From NCBI GenBank assembly GCA_964252035.1, contig OZ176207.1: a stretch of DNA of 64,000 nt. One strand, 5' to 3'. The notes beneath the pieces were generated by a model. That model was given only the letters and a program-made list of their open reading frames with translations, was not told the DNA's origin and made no database searches. Within the stretch, counting starts at the first letter, position 1, and the number at the start of each line of letters is the position of its first letter. Made by a program: the position numbers and the translations under genes. Below, piece after piece: positions 24,901 through 37,030 of the stretch. The DNA is from Podarcis erhardii (taxonomy: Eukaryota).

Positions 24901-27900
24901 AAGCTGTTGTCCTCTAAGGAATATGCCTAGTAAGAAAGCACTTGAGTTCAATCCTGGAAACTAGATGCCCAGCTTAACTAGGCTGCTAACTCCTTCAGCT
25001 AATGTAGCTTTTCCTATGCATATATACTTATGAACATGTGTGTGTGCATATATAAACACACACACACACACATTACACTTAGTGTGGTGAAAGCAAGAAG
25101 AAAAGTCTTTGATTTATTCTATTTTAGCCATTTTTATGGTTCAGAATGGAATATGGGCCTTCAATACTATAGTTGTCATTCTGACAGTGCTTTTTCTCCT
25201 TCACCAACTTGAACTCGCAGGCAGTGTGGCAAAGCAGAGGAAACAGGAGTTCATGAACACTGAGTCATCTGATTAGCCCTAGGAAATCCAATAGACTCTT
25301 CATTTTATGCTGTGGAGCTGACTTGTAGCAGAAAAGGCATGCTGTGGCTTCAGGGTGCCCACATGTACCAATCAACATACTTTCTCCAATAACAGAGAAC
25401 CAATATTTGCACCTCCACCATCTGAGGTTCATCAGATGGACAGATGCTGCCTTCTTAGTCACCACCCCTCAGCTGCAGGGCAGCTTCCCAAGTGCATTTC
25501 TAAAATTTCACTTACTAAGAGGGCTTTTGGAATGCAATGGGACCAACTAAGTTTGTTCTGGGTATAAGCTTTCGTGTGCATGCACACTTCTTCAGATACA
25601 CCTGAGGTCACCTGACCCTTACATATAGTGGGAGGGTGGAGTGGGGTTTTTCTCAGAAGGGTAGTAGGAGATGGGTGATTGACCCAGTGGGTATGGTAAA
25701 CCTCTTGATGACTGTTAACGACTGCAATTAGTCCTACAGGAAAAGGCAAGGGATAGTATGCAGATGACCAAAAATAGCTTTAGCATATGTAACGAGACAA
25801 GAATCCAATATCTCTATTCAGACCATACTGTATATCAGTTGCTGTATTCATTTTGGGCCTGGCTCTTTTTATATTTCATATTCTTGTAGCTTTTAATTTT
25901 TTCCCATATTTGTTGTTTGCTAGCATGCATGTCAAAATTCATAAAAAGATGGCATGTGGGTGTGCATATTATATATTAAAGTAACAAAACTAAACGTTGC
26001 TTCCTAAGAAGGGCAGTATAAAATCCTGTTATGTTGAGGTCCATCCAAAAACTGGATTATATTGACCCAGTTAGCACATAACACTAAGCCAGATGCTGAC
26101 ACTGGGCCTGCCTGAAACCTTGAGAATCCTTGAGCTTTGCATTTTACAGTATTAAAACTTTTGGAAGCATCTGGAGTCAGCTGCTGATTGAGACCAGAAA
26201 CTAGGTTGGACAGGTCATTGGTATGGTTTACCCTCGTACAGCCAAATCAAAACAGCTATAAAACAGTTTGGGTAGATTTTCCCATTCCTAGTTCAGGTCA
26301 GAACGATGAGTTGATGGTTTTGCCCCTTGACTGAAGGCAAATGGAAAACTACACTTCAGGTAAGCACAACTGTACTTTCTATTTGTATCAGCTCTTGGAG
26401 TTGAGAACTTGGTGTCTTGAAGGTCAAATAATCATCATCACAGAACTAGTGCCTTTCATAGGCTGTTTTTATTACCAGGGACCATGCTAGTGCAGTATTC
26501 AGCTGGGGAAATGATAAAGTATAGCTAATTGGTACATATGACAAGGTTGATACTGGGTGCTAAAAAGTAATTTAGTACATGTGGGAGAGTTTGACAGCTG
26601 CCCTTGTTATGGATTTGTCCCTGGACCCAGTCTAGCTCAATACATAAGCCATGGCTTCAACATATTTAAGAGACATGTCTGACCAGGATTGTTGTAGACA
26701 TAGACAGAACCATCAAAGTATGGTCCATCCCAGTTCTCTGTGTTGATAGAACTAAGTTTGTCCCATCCTGTTTCCATGTGGATTTTAAAGGGAACATCTT
26801 TTAAAACCTGCACAGAAATATGAATATTTTTTTAAAAAAAGTGGTCAAAAGGCTTCACTGTTGCCTCTGTGATTTGTCCCCATTTTAGATATCCACACCC
26901 CCCCCCCTTTAAAAAAGACTACAGTCCCCAGAAGTCTTCCAGCCACTCACAGCCTGGAGTGGCTAGTTCAGCAGGGCTTCTGGCTGGCAAAAGTGTACCC
27001 TTGCACCCTTGGCAAGGAACTGAATTCGTGCCCCCTCTTTCTCTCCTCTGCTGAGGCACCCAGAGGAGCCTACAAACCTCACCCAGCTGGCTGTAGTAGC
27101 TGAGCAGACACCTTGAGGAGCACACAAACATAAGGGCAGGCTCCTAGCCAGAGTGAAGAGGTGGGGAGGGGTGGCGGGCCCACCCCCCCCACCCCCCCCC
27201 TGCTGGCTGCTCTGCACTTTGAACAGAGAGAGAAACACCCACCCACCACCCACCCTGAGGGCAGGACTTGATGATTCCATCAGTCTCAGAGGGAATTATA
27301 CAGGAAAAACAAGGCCGTCCTCAATATTTACCCTCATTAAGGCCATAGTAAAATATAAGGCTCCTTTGATGGGACGTGAGGAAATGCGTGCTATAACCAC
27401 ACCCACCAAGTGCCTTCATCCATCTAAGCCAGTTAAAAGAGTCTGTTATTCATAGGCATTCAAGCCTAAGTGGTACATCAACAAATCATTCTTCTAGTCT
27501 GGTGCATTAAGTGACTTTGGATGTGTAGGTTCTGGAAATCATGCCCTAAGGTTAGCTCTTGGAGTCTGAGATGTTCCCCAGGAACAATCTTTCTTAAGGT
27601 CCATGTCTTCTGGGATGTTAATGGAATGAAACCAAATTCTGAATCACAACTGATCTTCATCATATATTCAATCTTCTTTACATTTCCACAGGGAAAAAAA
27701 ATTGTTTTATTCGTCATTCTGGATGGTTATTTTTTTGGTGGGGGGAGGCATTAAGAAGTTCCAACTCTCATGGTTACAGTCATTTAGAGGGTAAACATGC
27801 AGGCATAAATTGATTTAACTGGAACTTACCTTCATATTGCTGTTCAGTTTAACTAGTGGTAATTCTTTAAACATTCCTACAGTCACAAATGCTATCTGTA

Positions 27901-28514
27901 GTGGACTTTGGCATTCTGGCTTTCCTCAGCCCCAAGGTCTTCACCAAAATCCTGGTGGCTCACAATGAAAATTATCTCAATCTTTGCGTGTTTAGATGAC
28001 ATCTTGATCAGATTGCTATCTGATCAATGTGAACCAGATGCTGCAGTGCCTGCAGAGTCAAGGATTTGTAATAAACAGGAACAATAGCATGTTCTTGCCA
28101 ACCAGAAACTGGAACATCTGGGAATCATTCTGGACATGAGTTTGAATAGGATGATTCTGTCCCCTGAGAGCCAAACAAGGGCCTTACAGCTCTCCTAAGA
28201 AATAGTTCAATAGTGGCATGTGGATCGCATGACACTAGCCTAGTTGCTAGGCATGGCAGTGTTTGCCAGGAGGTGGTGTACTGTTGTTATTTGCATGCCT
28301 GCCATTACACAGGGTTTTCCACCCCATGAAAAGGATGTGGCAAGGTCCCAGCACTAATTTCTCATGTTACTATCCCATCATGTCAAGCTAGTTTTTCAGT
28401 GTTGGACTCTCCCCCCACAATTCCAGAGAGTCAGTACCAATTCAGTACCACACCAAGGATGCACATCACAATGAGTGTGTGTATTTTGAATTGGGGAACC
28501 CACTTTGTGGAGGT

Positions 28515-28652
28515 CAGATATGGGGAACCTCTGATCCTCCAGATATTGCTAAAGTACAATTCCCATCATCCATGGCCATTTCCCATGCTTGCTGGGGTTG
28601 ATGGTAGTTGTGTTACAGCCACAGCTAGAGGACCAAAGATTCCCCATACTTG
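28515..28652. mobile_element. Degenerate palindromic MITE related to 47088-47225
   Basis: cagatatggggaacct...aagattccccatacttg ends; shares the tacaattcccatcatcc / gatggtagttgt motifs. Confidence 0.6.
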
Positions 28653-29519
28653 AAGTAGGTGATGTGACTTCTGAGGAATCAAGTCTCTACTAATAGAGCA
28701 CTCAAATAATACTTGTTGCTCTGCTAGCTAACTGGGCTCCAGCACTACTGTAAAAGTAGACTTGCTTTGGTACTGAAGACCCAGCCCAGTGGGTTGTTGC
28801 TCTAGCACAGTGGTACAGGCGTGGGCCCTCTTAAGTCCCATAACCTTGGTGGGACTAACTCATTTGTCAATGGTTGCTAAAATACGTAGCCCCAGAAATG
28901 TTTACCCTGCCCCCCCCCCCAGAACAGAGCTGGAAGCAATGGACAGGTGTGAATGCTCATGTTTGTGGAGATCCATATTCTCACCAAATGATAAATAAAA
29001 AACATGTGTTCATTAAAAAAAAATCCAAAATCTTTCTCCCCAAAAAATAGTAACGAGAGAAGAGTAGGAAGAAGAAAATGACAGCGGTAACAAGAATTAA
29101 GCCAACCCTCCATTTCTTTCCAGTGGGGGTAAAAATGTGAATAGGAATAACATTGTATAGTGTCAACCATCAGAACTCAAAAACAGACAATAAAAAGACC
29201 TTTTTTATTTTTTTGTTTACCCTTCAGGATACTGTTTACCTTATCACTATAGGGGAAGCTAGTATAGCATCCCTTTTAAAAACTGGTCTGAGTTCATTCT
29301 GTATCTCCAGGTCGTCGTCTGGCCGGTGATGAAGTGGGCATGTCAGCCTGGGGTTAGGAAAGCTGTATGGGGAGCTGTTGGACTCATTTTCTCTCCCCCC
29401 CCCCACCTCACTCACTCTGCCTGTCTCTTGCTTTTTTCCTTCCCAAACCGTTCGCTCTGTCTGTCTGTCTGTCTGTCTCTCTCTCCCTTTTTTTCAGCTG
29501 AAATTATCTCCCCCTTCTC

Positions 29520-30230
29520 NNNNNNNNNNNNNNNNNNNNNNNNNNNNNNNNNNNNNNNNNNNNNNNNNNNNNNNNNNNNNNNNNNNNNNNNNNNNNNNNN
29601 NNNNNNNNNNNNNNNNNNNNNNNNNNNNNNNNNNNNNNNNNNNNNNNNNNNNNNNNNNNNNNNNNNNNNNNNNNNNNNNNNNNNNNNNNNNNNNNNNNNN
29701 NNNNNNNNNNNNNNNNNNNNNNNNNNNNNNNNNNNNNNNNNNNNNNNNNNNNNNNNNNNNNNNNNNNNNNNNNNNNNNNNNNNNNNNNNNNNNNNNNNNN
29801 NNNNNNNNNNNNNNNNNNNNNNNNNNNNNNNNNNNNNNNNNNNNNNNNNNNNNNNNNNNNNNNNNNNNNNNNNNNNNNNNNNNNNNNNNNNNNNNNNNNN
29901 NNNNNNNNNNNNNNNNNNNNNNNNNNNNNNNNNNNNNNNNNNNNNNNNNNNNNNNNNNNNNNNNNNNNNNNNNNNNNNNNNNNNNNNNNNNNNNNNNNNN
30001 NNNNNNNNNNNCCTCTATAACTGCAAATCAGANNNNNNNNNNNNNNNNNNNNNNNNNNNNNNNNNNNNNNNNNNNNNNNNNNNNNNNNNNNNNNNNNNNN
30101 NNNNNNNNNNNNNNNNNNNNNNNNNNNNNNNNNNNNNNNNNNNNNNNNNNNNNNNNNNNNNNNNNNNNNNNNNNNNNNNNNNNNNNNNNNNNNNNNNNNN
30201 NNNNNNNNNNNNNNNNNNNNNNNNNNNNNN
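29520..30230. other. Two N runs (29520-30011, 30033-30230) around a 21-bp island
   Basis: N bases. Confidence 0.99.
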
Positions 30231-32184
30231 AGCGCTGGATATTAAATCTACGGCATGCAGACTTACTTTGGGGCCCTTAGAGAAAAGGCTAATTATAGAG
30301 AGAGGAATTGTGTTTACTGGTCTGTCTTGGGCAAAGATGTTGAAAGAAGTGCAACCAAGTTTTGCAGCTAAACATGAGCGTTGGTTAATAGAGATATCAA
30401 AACAGTGCTTGTAGGTTGCCTTGTGCCTAATTATAGGAAATAGGATATTCTAAGTCATCCACCCTTAAAGTTAAATGGGGAAAAAAAGATAAACCACTCA
30501 CACACGAGCAAAGGCACACACAGACAAGTGTGTGTGTGTAGATGTATAGATAATTATTAAAACAGCTGTAGTTAAATGTGAGTGCAACTCTTTTGTCACT
30601 CACATATATGTAGCAATTTCTTCCGTGTGTTGTTGTTTTTTAAAAGCCATTGCTTCTAGGTATAAACCCACTACCAGTATTTAAATAAAAATGGGTCATA
30701 TGAAGGAAAGCGATAATAATTCTGGCTCCTACAGCATACAGTAGAGAGATGTTTATGTAACAAGTTCTGACAAGAGGGACATTAACCTTTCATAATGCAA
30801 ATCAAAGGTAGGGAGACAAATCCCTGGAGCCTTTGGTAAAGCCTGTGCTTTACAAGGTGATGGTTCACATTCTTTAAAGCTGCTTTTTTATATAATAATA
30901 AACATAGAAATTAATTTAAGGCAGGATTCCCCTAACCAGGCCTGTCAGCAGAGGTCATGCAGAAGGACTTCTGCTTGCACCACGGGACTTCCCCTCCCTT
31001 TACTTCCTCCACACCTCCCCCCCACCCTCAAAAAAATAATTTTTGCCATGATTGGTCAAGAGAACCCCCAGAACAGCACGTGGAGGAAGCAGAGGGGTAT
31101 ATTCCTCCCTTATGTAATGAAGTAGGCTATTGCCTACAAAAGCTCCAGCCACGATAAACCAGTTAGTCTCTGAGGTGCTACATTGCCAGTTAAAACCACA
31201 TTACGATTTCTCCATATGAGTAAATCAAATGAAAATAAACAAAACTACATTTTATCAGTCAGTCCATTCAATTAAAAAAATGGCTCCCTTTGCCTCCTTC
31301 ATCATATTAGCAACATTCACATGAACCTCTTCATAAATGAGTAACTAGTGCTGATTCTTATCTCATGCTCCTTCTAGAATTATTAATTCCCTTCTGTGCT
31401 GTTTTGCATGTGGATAATTCCTTGCAGGTGCGGTTAGTTTTAGGTTTCTCAGCTCTCCCCCCCCCCCATACACCAAATTCTGGGATTGCTCTCAACACAT
31501 GTAGCCTCTTGTAAACAGTTGTTGTGTGAATGTGCTGGCCATAACACCTAGCTATGACTTTCATTTAGAACTGATTTAAGTAGCCTTTCTGAAGGATTTT
31601 TGCTGACTGAACTTTAAAATGAGGAAACATTATAGTAAGCAACACCTAGTTTGGACTATATTCAGTATAGGGGCCTGTATAAGTTCTGCAGGATTTACAG
31701 AGAATACGTAAAATTAAAAAATTCCAACAAGCTTTGTATGCGTATATATGAAGATTTTGCCAGTGGGTGGCTGATTGTACCAAAATGTTATCAAGCCCTG
31801 GTATTTTGAAGCAAAGGCAGGCATGGGAAGTTAATGGCCCAAGTATAGCCATTCTGTTGATATCCACATGTCTGCAAGGATGGTGTCACACCTCCTATTT
31901 TGATGAGGCAAAAATTACCTCAAAACACTTTCTGCCACACTGGAGTGAGAGATGCAGGCAGAAATTAATGACTGTCACTAACTTAGGCACATTAATTTCA
32001 ATGGGTCTACTCTGAGTAAAAGTTATACAACCCAGTATTTTTATTCTGTTTTCAGAACCCAACCAAACATAAAATTGAGTTTTAAATACTAGGAAATTTA
32101 AAACATCCCTTGTCTCTCCAATGAAGCCCAAGGGAGTTAAAAAAAATATGTTATATAACACATTTATGTCATTCCTCTTAAAGC

Positions 32185-32325
32185 AGTGTTTGCTTCACAA
32201 CAATCCCATGAGGTAGGTTGAGTTGAGAGAAAGTGGATTTGCTAAAAGCCACCCAATGAGTTTTCATGGCTTGACTACATATTTGAACCTGGGATTCCTG
32301 TGTCCAAGTCCACTACACTGACCTG
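32185..32325 (-). mobile_element. MIR-like CORE SINE fragment
   Basis: tcacaacaatcccatgaggtagg...gccacccaatgagt...tttgaacctggg reads as a MIR core and head on the minus strand. Boundaries approximate. Confidence 0.6.
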
Positions 32326-32759
32326 AAAACCATCAACCATGCACTCTCAGCATCCAGCAAACAAGAGGAAGATCTCCACAGACATCATTTCTGAACTAAT
32401 CCTTATTAGTTTCAGTGAAACATAATCCCAAATTAGTGTGCTCGGGATCACAACTCAACTTTTTGCTGGATCAGTAGGTAGTTTTTGAAAATATACTGCT
32501 TTTAAAATATAGGTAAGGATCTAGTTCACAATATGTGATTAAAGAACATATTGAAGATAGGGAAATAGAACAAAACAGGAATACTCCACACTGCCAGTCC
32601 TTGTGTAACATCTGTTTTTGAACAACAAGGGATTATATAAGTGAAATACCAATATCAGTAAGTAACCTTGGGAAGGATTCTTCAGTCATCCTCAGCATTC
32701 TCTTGCCTGCTGATAGTATCCTTATTTCAGGGTTGCACAATATGGCACACCCTCTAGAT

Positions 32760-33009
32760 CAGGGGTCAGCAAACTTTTTCAGCAGGGGGCCGGTCCACTG
32801 TCCCTCAGACCTTGTGGGGGGCCGGACTATATTTTGAAAAAAATAATGAACAAATTCCTATGCCCCACAAATAACCCAGAGATGCATTTTAAATAAAAGG
32901 ACACATTTTACTCATGTAAAAACACACTGATTCCAGGACTGTCTGCGGGCTGGATTTAGAAGGTGATTGGGCTGAATCCGGCCCCCAGGCCTTAGTTTAC
33001 CTACCCATG
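32760..33009. mobile_element. hAT (Charlie-like) MITE
   Basis: Ends caggggtcagcaaact / agtttacctacccatg. Left flank ctctagat fits the NTCTAGAN target preference; the right TSD is degenerate. Confidence 0.75.
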
Positions 33010-33121
33010 CTCGCATCTGCCCCATTTCATATGGCCAATGATCAGCCAATGTTTTGACTTGTATTATTCCATCACACTAGAAGCCAAAACATTTAAAGCT
33101 CTGGGGGCAGAGATTTTTAAA

Positions 33122-33483
33122 TTTTCTTTGGCGATCACTCGTAGCCGAGTAAGATTATCTTCCATAAACACGGCTTTAACAGTGAGTCCGTAAGTGATTG
33201 TGGAGGCCAATTCTGGATCCATGCATCCTTCCACAGTGAAGACATAGGTTTCTGGGTGGGAGCTGATCATGGTAAGGGTTTGTTTGCCCAGCTAGCCTTC
33301 CTTTTAGCATGTTTCTCCCTTTCATCCTGAGTTTGAGCATCTTCAAAGCCCATGACACCTTTGGTAAAGGCTGTTCTCCAATTGGAGCGCTCGCAGTGTT
33401 TCCCAGTTGTGACTTTTTAAAAAAGATTTGCCTTGAGAGAGTCTTTAAACCTCTTTTGTTGACCACCAGCATCACACTTTCCA
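33122..33483 (-). mobile_element. 5'-truncated RTE-clade LINE 3' fragment (frameshifted ORF end and 3' UTR)
   Basis: Minus-strand frames give GKCDAGGQQKRFKDSLKANL, NWETL..ERSNWRTAFTKGVMGFEDA and CLHCGRMHGSRIGLHNHLRTHC*, typical of the RTE ORF C-terminus with its terminal C2H2-like motif. Confidence 0.85.
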
Positions 33484-33843
33484 TTTTTAAGTTTGGAATA
33501 GAGCAGTTTATTTAATTTCCTTAAGTACTTAAATCCGAACATTTTGTTATTTTTAGGTGCATCCTCAACATCACTCCACGGAAAATAATTGTCACTAAGA
33601 ATATAAAAAAGAGACCTACTGGTTCAGGCCAGTGGTCCGTCTTTCACACAGGAGCAAACCAGGTGCCTTTGGGAAGCCAGGCACACACACAACATGAAAG
33701 CAACATGAAACCATTTAAACAAGTAGCCATACCCTTATCCTGCGGCAGTGAATTCCATCAGTTACTAATGCATGGCAGTATCCAACAAATACTAGCACAA
33801 AGGACCTAAGACTGTGTAATGGAAGTTCCTCTCCCTTTCTGCC

Positions 33844-34028
33844 CAGTGGCGGAGCTTCATCTCCAGCACCAGGGGGTAGAGAGCAGGCTGGGGGGCCTGG
33901 GGACGTGGCACGCCGCCCGCAGGGGCGGGGCACACTGACTGTGGGGGCATGGCGCCCAGCACGGGTGGGGGCCAGCCACGATGCCAGGGGCGGTGTGCTC
34001 CCCCTGCACTCCTGTTCCTCCGCCAGTG
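33844..34028. mobile_element. GC-rich hAT-type MITE
   Basis: 11-bp TIR with 1 mismatch (cagtggcggag / ctccgccagtg). 8-bp TSD tttctgcc / tctctgcc (7/8). Confidence 0.8.
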
Positions 34029-34938
34029 TCTCTGCCCTGCATGCACCCCCTAAATCCATTCTGGGGGTTCCTCCAGCCCTCCGTAACAGATTTGTGGATG
34101 ACGCAGGAGCTGAAACCCTTGCATTAGTGGAAACACTTTCACGGGTACTGCCCAGTGTGTGTGTGAAGAAACAATACCCATCCAGAACAGTAACATAAGC
34201 ATAGTAAAAAAAAAAAAAAAAAATTGGGCCCCCCCCCCCAAATATATATATAATTCCGTTACATGCTTGCAAGCAAATTAGGAATTGCATCAGTAGAACC
34301 ACAGGATGTTAGTTCTTCCAGATTAATTGAATAATTACTATACATTCTGAAGCTGTGAGCATTTGTGCATATGCCTTTTTTTATTCTCAACCTTACACCA
34401 TGTTGCTCAGGTTGTCCACAGTACTGTCTGCTCTTCACCTTTTTCTTGGTGTCTTATGCTTCCATGAGGCCCTTTTATTCTCAGTGCGTGCTCCCTGAGG
34501 TCATCTACACACACAAAGCTGATCAAGTAAAACAATATTAAGCCCCTGTCCCTTTTTCCCTTCTTCTTTTGACAAAACAAAAAACGAAACAGCACTAACT
34601 TGTCAAGAGGTTCAGGGTGAAGCCTGCATCTGTTCATGCCTGTCCAATTGTCCGTGTAGTTCTGAATTTGCATGTATCTATTTTACCTGCACTGCACTGG
34701 TGTCACATGGTGTTTAAATAAAAAAATAAATCCAAGAACATGCAGTAGCTTGCATTTTACTGCCAGAGTGAAACTTCACCATCCTACCAAGGGAGCTTTT
34801 TGTAATGTTTGTAATGTGCTGCTTTCGTGCTTTAGCAAAGAAAAATGTCACTGCTGGGCTTTATTTTTAACAGACTTTTTAAACATCAATTAATGCAAGC
34901 AAATGTAGTGGAGGGTTTCTGGCTTGTTATTTATATGG

Positions 34939-34940
<2 letters not shown>

Positions 34941-34968
<28 letters not shown>
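34941..34968. repeat. (GA)14 microsatellite
   Basis: Read directly. Confidence 0.95.
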
Positions 34969-34972
<4 letters not shown>

Positions 34973-35455
34973 AGAGAGCAAGCAGCTAGGGAGAGGCAGG
35001 TTGTTTTATTTTTAACTCTGAACAATTGGAGAACAGAGAGGGAGACTTTGAAAGGCACAAATGGCAGTCAGGTGCCAAATGTCCCCTGAAAGGCAAGGGG
35101 GATTTAGGCCTTTGACTTTACTCCATGTCTCCAAATATGTCATGTAGACTGTGTGTTTCCTTTTTTATTATTATTTGCTACAGCACATTTTGAGGTATAG
35201 AAGGTATCTGCAAAGCTGGCAGATTTAAATGTCGCTGAAGGGACCACACAGTTCGAACAGCTAATGGAAATAAATATTTTGACATAGGGGCCAAGAATAA
35301 GGGGTTGTTTTTCTTAATGGCCTTTACCCCTAGAAAAAGCGGGGGGAAACAGCCAAGTATATGCAGCTCAGATCCCACTTATGAAATATAAGCACAAGTG
35401 CATATAGGCTATTTCATGCATTCCTATCTCAGGCTTTATTGTAAAAGGGATAATA

Positions 35456-35823
35456 TCGTATTGGCCCGAATATAAGCTGCACCTGCAAATACGCTGCATC
35501 TTTAAAATTCAAGGGGGGGAGGGAGGAGAGAGAAAAGGACAATACTTGACTACAGGTACCATTCCCCCATGCTCTTGGGCTGCTCTCTTGGGGGGAGCCA
35601 TGCAGCTTTGCCGGCAGCCTTCCCCCCTCCCCCCAACAGCTTGGGGGAGGCTTGGGAGCGATGGCAGCCTGGGTACCATTGCCCCATGCTCCTGGGGTGC
35701 TTCCTGGCAGCGGGGAGCCCCACCACTTTGCCGATGGTGTAAGGTCACAAATATAAGCTGTGCTTTAATGTTTCATGGTCGGAATTTGGAAAAAAAAGTG
35801 TGGCTTCTTTCAGGCCAATACAG
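35456..35823. mobile_element. TcMar Tc2-like MITE (CCGTA-type ends) with GC-rich, internally duplicated core
   Basis: TA-tcgtattggcccgaa ... ttcaggccaatacag-TA inverted ends. Internal repeat ggtaccattNccccatgctc occurs twice. Confidence 0.75.
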
Positions 35824-36767
35824 TAATGTCCATTTTTCTTTTACGTTTGGTACTTCCATTCTAGCTTTGGGTTGAATTCAGTGTACTATGGTCTGGTTTA
35901 CTCCTTGAGACTTGAACCTTGGACTCAGTCCATTTCCTGCTCCTTTCATTCATTGCAAATAGCAGGTAACAAGCGCACCTGGAGATTTGTGTTGCTCTTA
36001 CCCTGCAGGATACAAGTTGCTTTCTGGCTAGTTCTCCCTTGGAGTATCCGTAAGATTCCACATTAAAATGAATATGGACTCTCCCTACTTCACTCAGTAA
36101 TGCCCACCTACGTTAAAGGGAATGCTGTTATTGAGCAAACACTTCTTGAAGCAATGCGGTCCATTATAGAATTAACCCTAGATACATAGAAATAACCTGT
36201 TTTTAGGAGCGTACATAACAACCTTTGCTGACGGCAACAGACTTAGTAGGCAGTGAAGCACGTAACACCCTCTTGCTGCCTTCACCTGTTTTTTTGACTT
36301 CTGAAATAACCTTGCTTTTTCAAAATATGACTGGGCTAATATTCCTCTGTGTTCTCTCCATTCCTCATGGCATTGCCCAGTAGTAAATCCCTGTGCACAT
36401 CCCTTTAAAGTTTTTTAAGTCAAGTTGCTTCTTGTGTAGAGGAAAAGAGGCGGCAGAGAAATGAATTCTGCCTTTACATCAGCGTACTTATTTTCCCTCT
36501 CTGTTTGTAAAAAGACTGACAAGTAAGCATAACATGACTAGTGCTGTCAGGAAGTACATAAACTTGCTAGCTTCAAGATTTCTGATGGAGACACTTAGGC
36601 AGTTTTAAAGCAATGTCTGGGATTCAGAACTGACAGCCCACAGGCTTCCAGAGACCCAAATCTAGAGAAGTTACATGCACAGAGTTTTAAAAGCATTCTC
36701 AAGAACCTTTGTTTGCACACCATAAATTTCTTAATTTTAAAATCTAGATTAAAAACAATAATAATTA

Positions 36768-36935
36768 GGGGGCATAGCCGAGTGGTAAATTGGATGGTTT
36801 GGCATGCAGAGTAGCCCATATTTAATCTGCATCATCTCCAGTTAAATGGACCAGGGTCAGACCTGGAGAGCTGCTTCCAACTGCTGTAGTCAGCACTGGA
36901 CTAGGCAGACCAATGATCTGACAGCTTTGTATGTA
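36768..36935 (+). mobile_element. Degenerate Squam3-like SINE
   Basis: ggggcatagccgagtggt...ggcatgcag...catctccag...cctggagagctgc...actggactaggcagaccaatgatctgac follows the same motif order as 44909-45100. Confidence 0.55.
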
Positions 36936-36944
36936 CTACATCAG

Positions 36945-37030
36945 TACATACTTGTGAGACAAGTGTCACTACTATTCCCATTTTACAGATGAGAACTGAG
37001 ACTGCTAGAGTGTGATTTGCTCAACTTACC
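36945..37030 (-). mobile_element. MIR-like core fragment
   Basis: actattcccattttacagatgagaactgagac...gtgatttgctcaa core motif. Confidence 0.55.

Noticed and set aside
33176-33250. C2H2-like motif CLHC...HLRTH as an antisense zinc-finger gene or extra ZNF521 exon
   Set aside because: It is the C-terminus of a frameshifted RTE LINE ORF on the opposite strand.
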